Assembly (NCBI GenBank): GCA_951812585.1
Contig: OX638318.1
Span: 1,240,819-1,304,818, forward strand
DNA from: Rhodothermales bacterium
GTDB taxonomy: Bacteria; Bacteroidota; Rhodothermia; Rhodothermales; Bin80
DNA: 64,000 bases
Direction of reading: 5' to 3'
Position 1 is the stretch's first letter, and each line of letters begins with the position of its first letter. The position numbers were made by a program, and so were the translations under genes. Below, piece after piece: positions 9,837-18,951 of this stretch. Below the pieces are notes generated by a model, which saw only the letters and a program-made list of their open reading frames with translations, made no database searches and had not been told where the DNA came from.

Positions 9837-12138
9837 ATGGAGGCGCAGCATCAGATCTTGCGTACGCTTCGGACCTCGGAGCCGGCCTTACTGGCAACAC
9901 TGGGCGCGCTAAGCGGCAAGAGCCGGACCGCGGTCAGTGGCATTGTCTGTGAGCAGCTCGGATTCTACGATGCGCGCGGCCGTCCGCAGCGGGCCGGCTG
10001 CATGAAAGCCCTTCGGACCCTGGAAGCGGAGAGCCGGATCTCGCTGCCGCCGACGCAGCATTCGCTGAACATTGCAGGACCGCGTCTTCTGGATGCGCCG
10101 GTGGCGGAACCGGTGGAGGTACCCGAGCGGGTGAACCAGCTCCAGGAGCTTGAGATCGTTTGCGTCAGGAGTGCGCAGGATCATGCGATCTGGAACACGC
10201 TGATGGACCGGGAGCATCCGCGGGGCGTTACGACGTTTGCGGGTGCGCAGTTGTGCTACTTGTTCAAGAGTGCGCACGGGTATCTGGGCGCGATCGGGTT
10301 TTCTGCCTCTGCCCTGTACTTGAAGCCTCGGGATGCGTGGATGGCCTGGACCGATGCGCAGCGCAGCCAGATGCTGTATCGCGTGGTGAACCTGAGCCGG
10401 TTTCTGATCCGCCCCGGCGTGCGGTGCAAGAACCTGGCCAGCTACTTGCTGGGGCGTGTGCTGCGACGATTGCAGGCAGACTTCCAGGCGCGTTACGCGT
10501 ACGTGCCGTACCTGGTGGAGACGTTTGTGGGACCGGATCAGGAAGGAACGTGTTTCAAGGCTGCCAACTTCCTATATCTGGGGACTACGCAAGGGCGGGG
10601 CCGGCCTGCGCCTGTCAATGCCTGCACCCGCTCAAAGAAGAAGGTATACGTGTATGCACTTGCGCGCGACTGGCGCGCGCAGCTGGGCGTATCGCCTGTG
10701 GCGCTTCATCCCCGGCTGGAGGTGGGCGCAGGGCTAGACGGCGCGCATTGGGCCGAGCAGGAGTTTGGCGGTGCGCAGCTGGGCGACCGGCGGCGGAGCG
10801 CGCGTCTGGCGAAGAGCGCGACCTTACTGGCGCAAACCATGGGCAGTCCCATAACCGCAGCAGTGCACTGGGAGCCGGCGGCCATACGGGGATTTTACCG
10901 CTTTATCGAGAAGGCGGACGAGCTGGGGATCACGCCCAGGAAGATTCTGGCGCCGCATCGCCAGCGCACGATAGAGCGGATGCGGACCCAACAGACCGTT
11001 TTGTGCGTGCAGGATGGCACGGACATCAGAGCTACAGTACCCGTCCGCAGTGCGACGGTCTCGAAGTCATTGGCCGCAACCAGACGACGGCCCAGGCGCA
11101 GGGCGTGCACCTGCATGCGACGCTGGCCTTGAGCAAGGATGGATTGCCGCTGGGCGTATTGCGGTGTGCGTACAAAAAGCGCAAGGGCGCACACGCTGCG
11201 AAGACGCAGCAATGGATTGACGGGTTGAAGGACATTGAAGCGGCGGCGCAGACCCTACCGCGCAAGACGCGTGTGCTTGCGTGATGGACCGGGAGGCCGA
11301 TGTGTTCGCCATATTCGCCGCGCAGGGTGTGCTGAAGCGGACGCACATGTTGGTGCGGGTAAAGGTGGATCGGCGTCTGGCGGAAGGCGAGGCGCGGTTG
11401 TTCAAGGTGATGCGCCAAGGCCCCCCGGCGGGTGTCTTGGCGTTGTCTGTGGCGCGTTTGAGTCTTCGCGCGAAGTCCGGGCGTGTAACCCACGAAGGCC
11501 GGCCGGCCCGCCATGCCCGTATGGAGGTGCGCTTTTGCAGGGTCACGCTGCCGCCGACCGAGGACGCATCGCAAGACCCGGTGCGCGTATCGGCGATCCA
11601 CATCAGAGAGATTGCACCGCCGGAAGGAGCAGAGCGTATCGAATGGTACCTGCTGACCATCGCAGCAGTCACTACGCTGGAACAAGCCCTGGAGATGGTG
11701 GGATTCTACGTGCTGCGCTGGCGCGTGGAGGACATCTTCCGGATACTCAAAAGCGGGTGCAAGGTGGAAAAGTTGCGCATGCAACAAGCGTCGCTTTTGC
11801 ACAGCATGATCACGCTTCACCTAGTAACGGCCTGGCGCATCATGCTGATGACACTGCTGGGTCGCGCGGTGAGCGAACTGGAAGCCGACGTGCTCTTCAC
11901 CGATGCAGAATTGGAGATGCTGCGGGTGTACTCCCGGCGCTACAGTCTGGTCGAACTCACCAATCTGGCCTCGGCGATTCTGCTGGTGGCGATGATGGGG
12001 GGCTACATGAACCGGAAGCACGATCCTCCTCCGGGACACACGGTCGTGTGGCGTGGGTACGGACGGTTGCAGATCCGGGCGGTTGCCTACGAGGAGCTGG
12101 GGGCGTTTTATGACCTAGTGGAGCGTCCGCCCCCATAA
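9837..12138 (+). pseudogene. DUF4338(DruA-like)-Tn5-type DDE transposase fusion, interrupted by two frameshifts
   Basis: Three ORFs in three frames (9837..11132, the tail of 10160..11284, and 11281..12138) reconstruct one protein of about 767 aa. The N-terminal part is DUF4338-like (RFLIRPGVRCKNLASYLLGRVL...LVETFVGPDQEGTCFKAANFLYLGTTQGRGR). The rest shows Tn5 hallmarks: AQLGDRRRSARL, YRFIEK, QDGTD, GVHLHATLALSKDGLPLGVL, MDREADVF and YVLRWRVEDIFRILKSG. The frame changes near 11035 and near 11280. Confidence 0.8.
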
Positions 12139-12424
12139 CGCGCTTCATCGCTTCACCCTTCCGCGCGCAATCTCGCTTTCTTCACATTCCGCCCAAAATG
12201 GTGTCGCCAGAGGTATGTCCATGCGACGCGTTGATCAAGCAGATTGTACGCTACCGGTAAGGACGCCTCGACAAGTCGTCCGCGCAGCCCCCATGGCAAA
12301 AGCAAGAAAGCCGACCACGACGATCTTTGCGGAATTCACCGTCAACATAAGCGGTACTACATCGCACTGCCCTCGCCATAAGCGCCAGGCAGATCCCCTT
12401 GTCAAGTTCAAAGTGTGAGTAATG

Positions 12425-12449
12425 GGGAGGGCTAGCCTGGATTTCCAAG
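12425..12449. repeat. Candidate right terminal inverted repeat of the IS
   Basis: GGGAGGGCTAGCCTGGATTTCCAAG is the inverted partner of 9760-9782. Confidence 0.4.
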
Positions 12450-12540
12450 AGCAATAATTTCCCTTAACGGATGATTAACCTTGAGCATGGACCAGGAAAC
12501 TTGCTGACGGTGAAACTGAGCAATGCCGCAAGACAGGCTG

Positions 12541-12954
12541 CTATGGCATCAACTCTGAGGTGCCGAGTCCTATCGCGGCCAACACCGAGCCCTGTCGTGT
12601 CTCATCGAGGTATCCAGTCCATACACTTTGGGCTACGCCTTGTTCATCCAAATGGATTAGGGTCGGAACAGCTGATATGCCCGCTGCCCGAAACGGAAGC
12701 GCCACCACGGAATCAGCAAACACTCCGGCGGCCTCAAGGTGTAGTTGCTGCACAGCAGCTGACGCACTGGTGTCCACGGACGCGATAACAACAACGGGAT
12801 GATTGCTGGACTCTTTAAGTTCGACCAGTGTCTTGTAGAATGGGTAGCTCTGCCTGCACCAGGGACATGTAGGGGAAAGTGCCAGCAGGAGCGTCTCGCT
12901 GTTTTCACCGCCAACACCTTTTTTCGGAAGGTCTAGGGTGGTGCCGGTGATCAC
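12541..12954 (-). CDS. Thioredoxin-fold protein with CPWC motif (TlpA/DsbA-like)
   Basis: 137 aa with a GTG start. The motif LLLALSPTCPWCRQSYPFYKTL is in the position expected of a thioredoxin-fold active site. It is the last gene of the minus-strand operon. Confidence 0.6.
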   Translation of the reverse strand: MITGTTLDLPKKGVGGENSETLLLALSPTCPWCRQSYPFYKTLVELKESSNHPVVVIASVDTSASAAVQQLHLEAAGVFADSVVALPFRAAGISAVPTLIHLDEQGVAQSVWTGYLDETRQGSVLAAIGLGTSELMP

Positions 12955-13020
12955 CGTGGGCGTCGCATGAGGTTTGAACCCGGGCGGGCCTCGCAGCCAA
13001 GTTTGCTGTGAGGCCTCGTC

Positions 13021-13605
13021 CTAGTGAACCGCCCGCGGCAATACAGGCGGATTGAGTGCGGCTGATGGATTGAAGACGTGTGTAATGACTTGGGACTCAG
13101 CCAGCACTACCTGCGGTGTACGAATACCCATAGCCCGCAGGTTGAAGTCTGGGTCCTGCGAGACGAGAAAGGGGAATTTTGCCTGGCTCACGCGCCGTAG
13201 GAGCAGCGACTCGTAAGCGCCCTGCTCTACTCCCAGCAAAGGATCCGCATAAAGTGCCAGCACGGGATAATTCTGCGTCCCTGTGTCATCGTGATCCTCA
13301 GACCAGTATCGAAGCAGCTCCACTTGATTGGCTGAGCAGCCAATGCCACCCAGCAGTATCACGACGGCCGTGTCCGGCAGGGTCAGGCCTTGTTCCGCAA
13401 TGGGGGTACGAGAATGCGCCTCGAAGAAGCCCGAGGCGGGAAGGGTCTGTCCTACAAGAGCCGTTGCGGCTGATACCCGCAGCACGTTATCCACCGGCTG
13501 TGGTCTTGATCGGTTCGAACTCTCCAGCCTCAAGCCGAGAATGACGACCAAGACCAGCCCAAACGGCACCGCAAACCACAGAGAGGATTGCCAGCGACTA
13601 GTCAT
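13021..13605 (-). CDS. Membrane-anchored thioredoxin-fold-like protein with a degenerate active site
   Basis: 194 aa with an N-terminal TM helix (SSLWFAVPFGLVLVVILGL). The redoxin-like core reads AVVILLGGIGCSANQVELL where CxxC would normally sit. Its start overlaps the stop of the upstream gene by 8 nt. Confidence 0.45.
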   Translation of the reverse strand: MTSRWQSSLWFAVPFGLVLVVILGLRLESSNRSRPQPVDNVLRVSAATALVGQTLPASGFFEAHSRTPIAEQGLTLPDTAVVILLGGIGCSANQVELLRYWSEDHDDTGTQNYPVLALYADPLLGVEQGAYESLLLRRVSQAKFPFLVSQDPDFNLRAMGIRTPQVVLAESQVITHVFNPSAALNPPVLPRAVH

Positions 13606-14767
13606 CGTTAATTGGCTGAGGCGGGATGAAGCGATAACGAAGAAGCATGGGGTTGCCTACGCCGCCGTCAGGAAGTGACTCATGGCCGTCTCGGAAGTAG
13701 ATTCGGAAGTAGATTCGACCGTTGCCGGCTCCTTTCGGCGCCTTCATTGAAGTCGTTGTACTAACACTCACAAAACGGTCCTTGTGGTCAACGATTGTAA
13801 GTCCTATATCTCCTTCTAGCACTCCTTTGCGGTACCTCAAGCCTGTGTGAACCATTACTCGCGTTGAACTGTCCAGCCTGAATAGACCCCTTGACCGGGA
13901 GGCATCGTAGAGAGCACCTATGCTTCTTAAATCCATTGCGCCCCGAGGGGAGGGGATATCGCGGCGCCTTTTTACCAAAAAGGGGGGTTGGTGTTGAATC
14001 GATTTAAACCGTAAGCTCTTAGCATCAGCATGGTAAATGTACGTGTACCATGCGTCATCATCAAAGCATTCCAGGCTGCGCCCGGGCACCAACATTACTT
14101 GGCCCATCAGTACAGGCCATTTAGGAGTCTCCAGTTCTATCTCTTCCAGCAACTCAAAACTGCTGGTAAAAACCTTTGCCTTCACAAACTTCGGCATGAG
14201 CGGCATTGTGAAGATCGAGTCCTGGCGAGCACAAATGCCACTGATGTTTACGAAGTGCTCTGACCTCACAAGGTCGATGCACTGACCGGCTTTGTTGAAG
14301 AGGTGTATCTTTCCCATTCCATCCCACACAAGAGCGCCTCCACCAGGCAAAAAGCGTGCACTCTTGGGCCAATGGTTACCCTCCGCACCAGGATCACACT
14401 CTGCGACTGTAAGCTCATGCAATAGTTCTCCTGTCGCTGAAAAGCGATAAACACTTCGGGCAACGTGGTCTGTAATCAGAAGGTCACCACTGTTGCTAAC
14501 ATCCATTTCCTCGAAACCACCGATAATCACTGACCTGTCCAGATGCACTGTATCCTCCAGGACGAATAACTTGTCGAAGGGAACCAGCTCAGTCTCTACT
14601 GTGCGTGGAGACTGAGCGTAACCAATTTTAGGCGTCGGTGCCTTGTCCGTATTCGCAAAACGCAAATACAGGAACAGGCCCAGCACAATCACCAGCAGAA
14701 TGTGGGCGCCCCACTTCCGCACCAGCGTAGTACGCCTATCGCGTTCGTGAGTGACTGATTTCAGCAT
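13598..14767 (-). CDS. TM-anchored 6-bladed beta-propeller-like protein
   Basis: 389 aa with an N-terminal TM anchor (WGAHILLVIVLGLFLYL), then repeated propeller-like segments (SGDLLITDHVARSVYRFSATGELLHEL, GGALVWDGMGKIHLFNKAGQCI). It resembles its upstream neighbour, and the region is AT-richer than the flanks. Confidence 0.55.
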   Translation of the reverse strand: MLKSVTHERDRRTTLVRKWGAHILLVIVLGLFLYLRFANTDKAPTPKIGYAQSPRTVETELVPFDKLFVLEDTVHLDRSVIIGGFEEMDVSNSGDLLITDHVARSVYRFSATGELLHELTVAECDPGAEGNHWPKSARFLPGGGALVWDGMGKIHLFNKAGQCIDLVRSEHFVNISGICARQDSIFTMPLMPKFVKAKVFTSSFELLEEIELETPKWPVLMGQVMLVPGRSLECFDDDAWYTYIYHADAKSLRFKSIQHQPPFLVKRRRDIPSPRGAMDLRSIGALYDASRSRGLFRLDSSTRVMVHTGLRYRKGVLEGDIGLTIVDHKDRFVSVSTTTSMKAPKGAGNGRIYFRIYFRDGHESLPDGGVGNPMLLRYRFIPPQPINDD

Positions 14768-14830
14768 AAGATGGATGAGGTCCGAGCAGAGATTGGATGA
14801 TCGTGTACTGGATTTTCGAGAACAGCGCGC

Positions 14831-15862
14831 TTAGCGCTCCACAGCATATACCACAATCGTCGAATCCCGCACTTGCCAGAGGCGCTCGCGGGTGGGATCG
14901 TAGGTTGCATTGCGGGTGCGTCCCAAGCCAGATAGGGAAATGGAAGATTGGTAGTCTCCAGTTGCTGCATCGTAGACATCCAACACGTCGGACGAATCCG
15001 GGCGAGTAAACGTAACAAGCTCGTCACCATACACTTCCGCATCGCTATTCTTTGAGCCGCCGCTAACTCGCGTTGCAAATAGCCCGCCACCCGTTGGTAT
15101 TCTTTCCAGCAATGGCAATTCTGCTCGTCCCCAGTCTGGTGTGCTCCGCGCATAAGTCACGGCCCCTGTGGAGTCATACTGAATGATGATGGGATACCGG
15201 TAGATTACGTGTATCATGTGCTCCCGGTACGGAAGTACGCTCCCACCGAAGACCATCCTGTGCTCCCAGGTCTGACCCTCGGTCAGCGTACCAAAAAAGT
15301 GTGCCTTTTCTCCTTCCCGACTGGTACCGTACAGTAACGTACCCGGCCATGTGTTATCATACCAGTATGCCCGCCCACCGCGTGTTATCCTGTATCGGAA
15401 TGCGTGCAGATCCGGTATGCTCCGGATGTAATCGGTACTCTCGACGTCAAAAAATGTTATCTTGCGCTGGTCGAGGTCGGCAGCATAGAGGATGGAATCT
15501 CCCAGAACAGCAGCATCCACGATGAATTCGAATTCCCCCGGCCCCTCGCCAATCCCTCCGTAGGCTTGGATGAAATTGCCATCTTCATCGAACCGTTTGA
15601 TCTTCAGATCCCCATGATCTATACAGTAAAAGGACCCATCCGGGCCAGAGGTGATCCGTCCGGGCCTATACAGCAAAACATCCGGTTCGCGTGGCACTTC
15701 ATAGAGCCTGCGCAGAGACACCTCCTGCCAGTTCCGATCAGTTCTGGACTGGACCTGGACCTCAATCGTGAGATCCCCGATGAAAATGGTATCGGGATCC
15801 GGTTGGCAGCCGGCCAACAGCAGAATCCAAGCAGCGTGCCGCATCGGTGCACATTTCATCAT
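14831..15862 (-). CDS. 6-bladed beta-propeller lipoprotein (BF3164/DUF5128-like)
   Basis: 343 aa with a lipoprotein signal (AAWILLLAGCQPD). It carries the family-typical motif GPDGSFYCIDHGDLKIKRFDEDGNFIQAYGGIGEGPGEFEF, containing GPGEF. Confidence 0.65.
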   Translation of the reverse strand: MMKCAPMRHAAWILLLAGCQPDPDTIFIGDLTIEVQVQSRTDRNWQEVSLRRLYEVPREPDVLLYRPGRITSGPDGSFYCIDHGDLKIKRFDEDGNFIQAYGGIGEGPGEFEFIVDAAVLGDSILYAADLDQRKITFFDVESTDYIRSIPDLHAFRYRITRGGRAYWYDNTWPGTLLYGTSREGEKAHFFGTLTEGQTWEHRMVFGGSVLPYREHMIHVIYRYPIIIQYDSTGAVTYARSTPDWGRAELPLLERIPTGGGLFATRVSGGSKNSDAEVYGDELVTFTRPDSSDVLDVYDAATGDYQSSISLSGLGRTRNATYDPTRERLWQVRDSTIVVYAVER

Positions 15863-16033
15863 TGCAGCCTACCTTGAAGGGGAAGCTGACGCCTGCTAAC
15901 TTTGCCGCGCAAGGCCCGCCCTTACAATAGACAAGCACGGGTCTATTCGGCCTCTAAACAGAGCCTAACCTCAGTGATGTTGTCCATCGTGCACGGCAGA
16001 CTCTCAGGGGGACAGCAATAGAAGTGCATGCAA

Positions 16034-16183
16034 TTAAGTGGCTGTCCCGCCGCATCCCCACATTTCGTCGTTGTAAGATCCGTTGCAAACCACCTCTCTT
16101 GCGGCAGCATGTGCCGTCTCGGTCGCGTCGGTAATCACCGAGAATGTCAGCAGCAAGGCTGCTGACACTAGGGACACATACAT
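16034..16183 (-). CDS. Small leader-type peptide (49 aa), Cys/Gly-rich C-terminus
   Basis: Below the track's 60-aa cutoff; my own translation from ATG 16183 to TAA 16034 is MYVSLVSAALLLTFSVITDATETAHAAAREVVCNGSYNDEMWGCGGTAT. It is the first gene of the minus-strand operon. Support is position and composition only. Confidence 0.3.
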   Translation of the reverse strand: MYVSLVSAALLLTFSVITDATETAHAAAREVVCNGSYNDEMWGCGGTAT

Positions 16184-16399
16184 CCTGATCTAGACTTCGC
16201 TGTTGCTGTCATTGCCATCTCCATTGAGCTTGAGTGTTAGCCAACCGGGTACCTTGGAAGCAACCGCGCCTCGCATACCCATAGGCATACCCAATATTGC
16301 ACTGTACAATATAGCAAGGGCCCGCTTACTATGCAATAGCTGCGCGGTACGGCGGCAAACTTTTTTTTTACTTCCGGAGGAGGCGGCGCTTAGGGGGTT

Positions 16400-16465
16400 C
16401 CAAGGGGCATAGCCCCTGGCCCGCACAAGTTGAGGAACGAAACTTGTGTAGCGGGTTTTACAAGA
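16400..16465 (+). promoter_or_regulatory. Candidate oriT / regulatory inverted-repeat cluster upstream of the relaxase
   Basis: Hairpin CCAAGGGG-CATAG-CCCCTGG (16400-16419). Perfect 7-bp inverted repeat ACAAGTT(N9)AACTTGT (16425-16447). An overlapping CTTGT(N11)ACAAG (16443-16463). Together these give three copies of the ACAAG/CTTGT motif 35-100 nt upstream of the mob ATG. Confidence 0.25.
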
Positions 16466-16497
16466 CTGTAAACAGCCTGGGGGCCGCCCCAGAACGC

Positions 16498-17515
16498 ATG
16501 CCCGCGGCATTCCACCTAGAACCCGCAAAACGCGAGCAGATCGCCGGCCTGGTGCGACATGTGGACCGCACGCAGGAAAACACGCCCCGCACGATCGCAC
16601 CTCAACGTGCGCATCTATCACGACGAAAAGGCATACGCACGGGTGCTGCAGCCACCCACACATCAGCCGACCACGGGGCACAAAATCAAGTCAAACGCGA
16701 ACGTCGTGTGCACCATGATCCTGACGCTCCCCAAGGAGCTGAGCGGTGGAACGCCCGACCAAAAGGAAGCGTGGGTAGAGCGAACGCGGGACTGGCTGCA
16801 GGAGGAGTGTCCCGGTCGGCTGGCATCCGCCACACTGCACCTGGACGAGGGACGCCTACACATCCACGCATGGCTGCTGCCGGAGGACGACCGGGGGCAT
16901 CTCAGCTACCGCACGCATTTCAGCGGACGAGGAAAGTTGCGTGCCATGCACCGATCCTACGAACAGACGCTCGAGCCGCTGGGAGTAGTGCTTAACTCGG
17001 ATTTGGTCAAGGCCGTGCGGCAACCGCACTACACGCGGGGCATGAACGGATGGCAGCTGCCGTATGCAGTCCACGAAGCCACAGAACACATCCGCGCCAA
17101 AGAGCACGAAGCCGAGCAGACAGTCCGCGATCGACTACAGGAACTCGATGCCCTGGTGCGGCCGCAACAAGCCAAGCAGGGCCGCAAAAAACGCAAAGAA
17201 CTGGATGCGGAAAACCATGTGCTGCGAGCTAAACTGCGGGCCGCCACGCAGCGCGCGCAAGCGGCGGAAAAGCGAGAGGCAGAGGTGCGGCACCGCGAGG
17301 CTCAGAAGACCGCAGAGCTGAATCGGGCGGAACAACTCCTGATGCAACGCGCCCCGACGCAGGACTGGCCCGAACTGCAAAGACAGGCGCAGGGGATCGG
17401 CGCTCAGCACATCGCTCAGACAGTGAAACGACTCATAGAGGCGAAAAGAGCGATGCAGGCGTACCGTATCCAACGAGAGCGCATGCGCGAACAGGAGCGG
17501 AAGTTGGGACTGTAA
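16498..17515 (+). pseudogene. MobV-family (Mob_Pre) relaxase, frameshifted near the N-terminus
   Basis: The N-terminus MPAAFHLEPAKREQIAGLVRHVDRTQEN (HxxR motif) lies in the frame of ORF 16444..16995. The rest lies in ORF 16559..17515 and includes LHLDEGRLHIHAWLLP (the HxDE..hxH relaxase motif) and a long coiled-coil tail. The frame changes between about 16577 and 16600. Confidence 0.7.
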
Positions 17516-17656
17516 TCAAGGATCAGGATGTGCCGCCGGCAACGAGAGGCGATACTCTGTTTACAAATGGGAGAATGGTCATTCGTGCTTGTTGGATAAT
17601 TATAATTTTCGTATTCTGCTCCCATACACAATCCGCTTTGTGACGGACAGCGATTC

Positions 17657-17922
17657 ATGGTGATCTCTATCCTGAACCCAAAGGGGGCGTAGGAAAAACC
17701 ACCTTGGCCACCAACCTCAGCCGCGCACTCCAGGCCTGGACAGCAGAAGTGCTGCTGCTGGACATGGATCCCCAGCAATCGGCGCAGGAGTGGGCAGCGC
17801 GCAATCCGGAAAACTATCCCGGCGTGATCGGTGTCCAGGTCGGTTACGAGAACCGGCTTGATCGAAACTGGACTGTGGAGTACTTCTGTCTGCAGGCGTG
17901 CAGGGAGAATGAGAATGGCTAA
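17657..17922 (+). pseudogene. ParA/Soj-type partition ATPase, frameshifted in a G-run and truncated
   Basis: ATG 17657 gives [11 protein letters not shown]. Adding one G to the GGGGG run restores [46 protein letters not shown], a deviant Walker A followed by the DxDPQ motif. The ORF ends after about 90 aa, whereas ParA is normally about 200 aa. Confidence 0.65.
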
Positions 17923-18178
17923 ACAAAGAACGTCACATCAGATGAACACCAATCCTTATCGGCCCCGACACTGGCTCGCGGCCGTGGCTGTCGCTTGCGT
18001 CATAGGCTACAATGGAGCCGCCGCGGTGCTTCTGCTGCTATTGGAGGGCCGCGCTGTCATATGGTGGAGCTGGGTTCCGATGCTATTCATGATCGGCGCG
18101 GCCGCATCGCTTCTTGTCTATTGCACTCAATGGATTGTGACGCTGGTACGGCATACCCGTGATGAGTCAATCCGATGA
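17909..18178 (+). CDS. Small membrane protein (2 predicted TM helices), hypothetical
   Basis: This is the inner part of ORF 17831..18178: [64 protein letters not shown]. No family was recognised. Confidence 0.3.
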   Translation: MRMAKQRTSHQMNTNPYRPRHWLAAVAVACVIGYNGAAAVLLLLLEGRAVIWWSWVPMLFMIGAAASLLVYCTQWIVTLVRHTRDESIR

Positions 18179-18257
18179 AGGTTGAATGTACCTGTGGGCA
18201 TCGCCCTTTTGGTGGCGGTAAACCTGATGGGCGTCTGAGTCCATCGCGCGCCCGGCC

Positions 18258-18820
18258 TCACAGCCCCAGGCCGGTGTCCTGCTCCCGCTCCTGTCGTGCT
18301 CTGTACCATGCCTGGTCCAGGAGGGCTCGCGTGGGGCCGGTTCTGATTCCGGCCTCATCCAGTTCCCGGGCCAGCGCCAGGCGCTCTTTTTCTGGCGTGC
18401 GGTCCAGGAGCACGCGGGCGGTCTGATCCAGCTGTTCCGTAGTGCCGCGAGGCGCTTTTGCGCCGTTTCGGCGCTGTTTTTCAGGATGGCCCGGTCGTGG
18501 CGCAGGGATTCGATGACGCGCTGCGCCCGCATCAGCTCTCCCTGCAGGCGGGCATGCTCCTGCCTGCGGCGCACTGTGCGCATTGCGCCGGGGTCGTCGG
18601 GCCTGAGGGCCTCCGGGCGCTGTTCCGCCTTCCGTATGCGCTCCTGTGCGTCCAGCACGGCGCGTCCGGCGCGCCAGCCATCGATGCCCTTGGTGTATCC
18701 GGCCGCCCGGACGGCTTTTTCGGCGTCCGGGGTGGAGATAACGCGCCGTACGTCCGGGTCGTTTCGCGCCAAAACCCGGAGAATCCGGCCTGCTTTACCC
18801 GGCGGCCCGTGGGAATACAC
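18258..18820 (-). pseudogene. Second MobV-like relaxase fragment (C-terminal half), frameshifted
   Basis: AEKAVRAAGYTKGIDGWRAGRAVLDAQERIRKAE parallels LVKAVRQPHYTRGMNGWQLPYAVHEATEHIRAKE of the first Mob. After a frame change near 18440, my translation continues QLDQTARVLLDRTPEKERLALARELDEAGIRTGPTRALLDQAWYRARQEREQDTGLGL*. It ends like Mob1 (..RERMREQERKLGL*). Confidence 0.45.
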
Positions 18821-18951
18821 CTAGCAGTATGGCCCCGACCTAGTAAAGGTGCGGGCACACCGCTGACAGAGACGGAAAGCGCCCGTGCTGCTGGTACCAT
18901 TGGGACGGCAAAGAGTGGAAACGCGGCGCGTTTGAGCGCAGAGCAACGCCG

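Larger units (their letters stand above)
9760..12449 (+). mobile_element. IS4-family (Tn5/IS50-like) insertion sequence, about 2.7 kb, with candidate imperfect terminal inverted repeats
   Basis: The transposase pseudogene 9837..12138 is bracketed by inverted matches. The left one is CTTGGACCCCGGCTAGCCCTCCC (9760-9782). The reverse complement of 12425-12449 is CTTGGAAATCCAGGCTAGCCCTCCC. I saw no direct target duplication. Confidence 0.55.

Noticed and set aside
11030-11285. Programmed ribosomal frameshifting in the IS transposase
   Set aside because: Tn5/IS4-type transposases are normally single ORFs. Two separate shifts would be required, and no slippery A6G/A7-type heptamer is present at either site.
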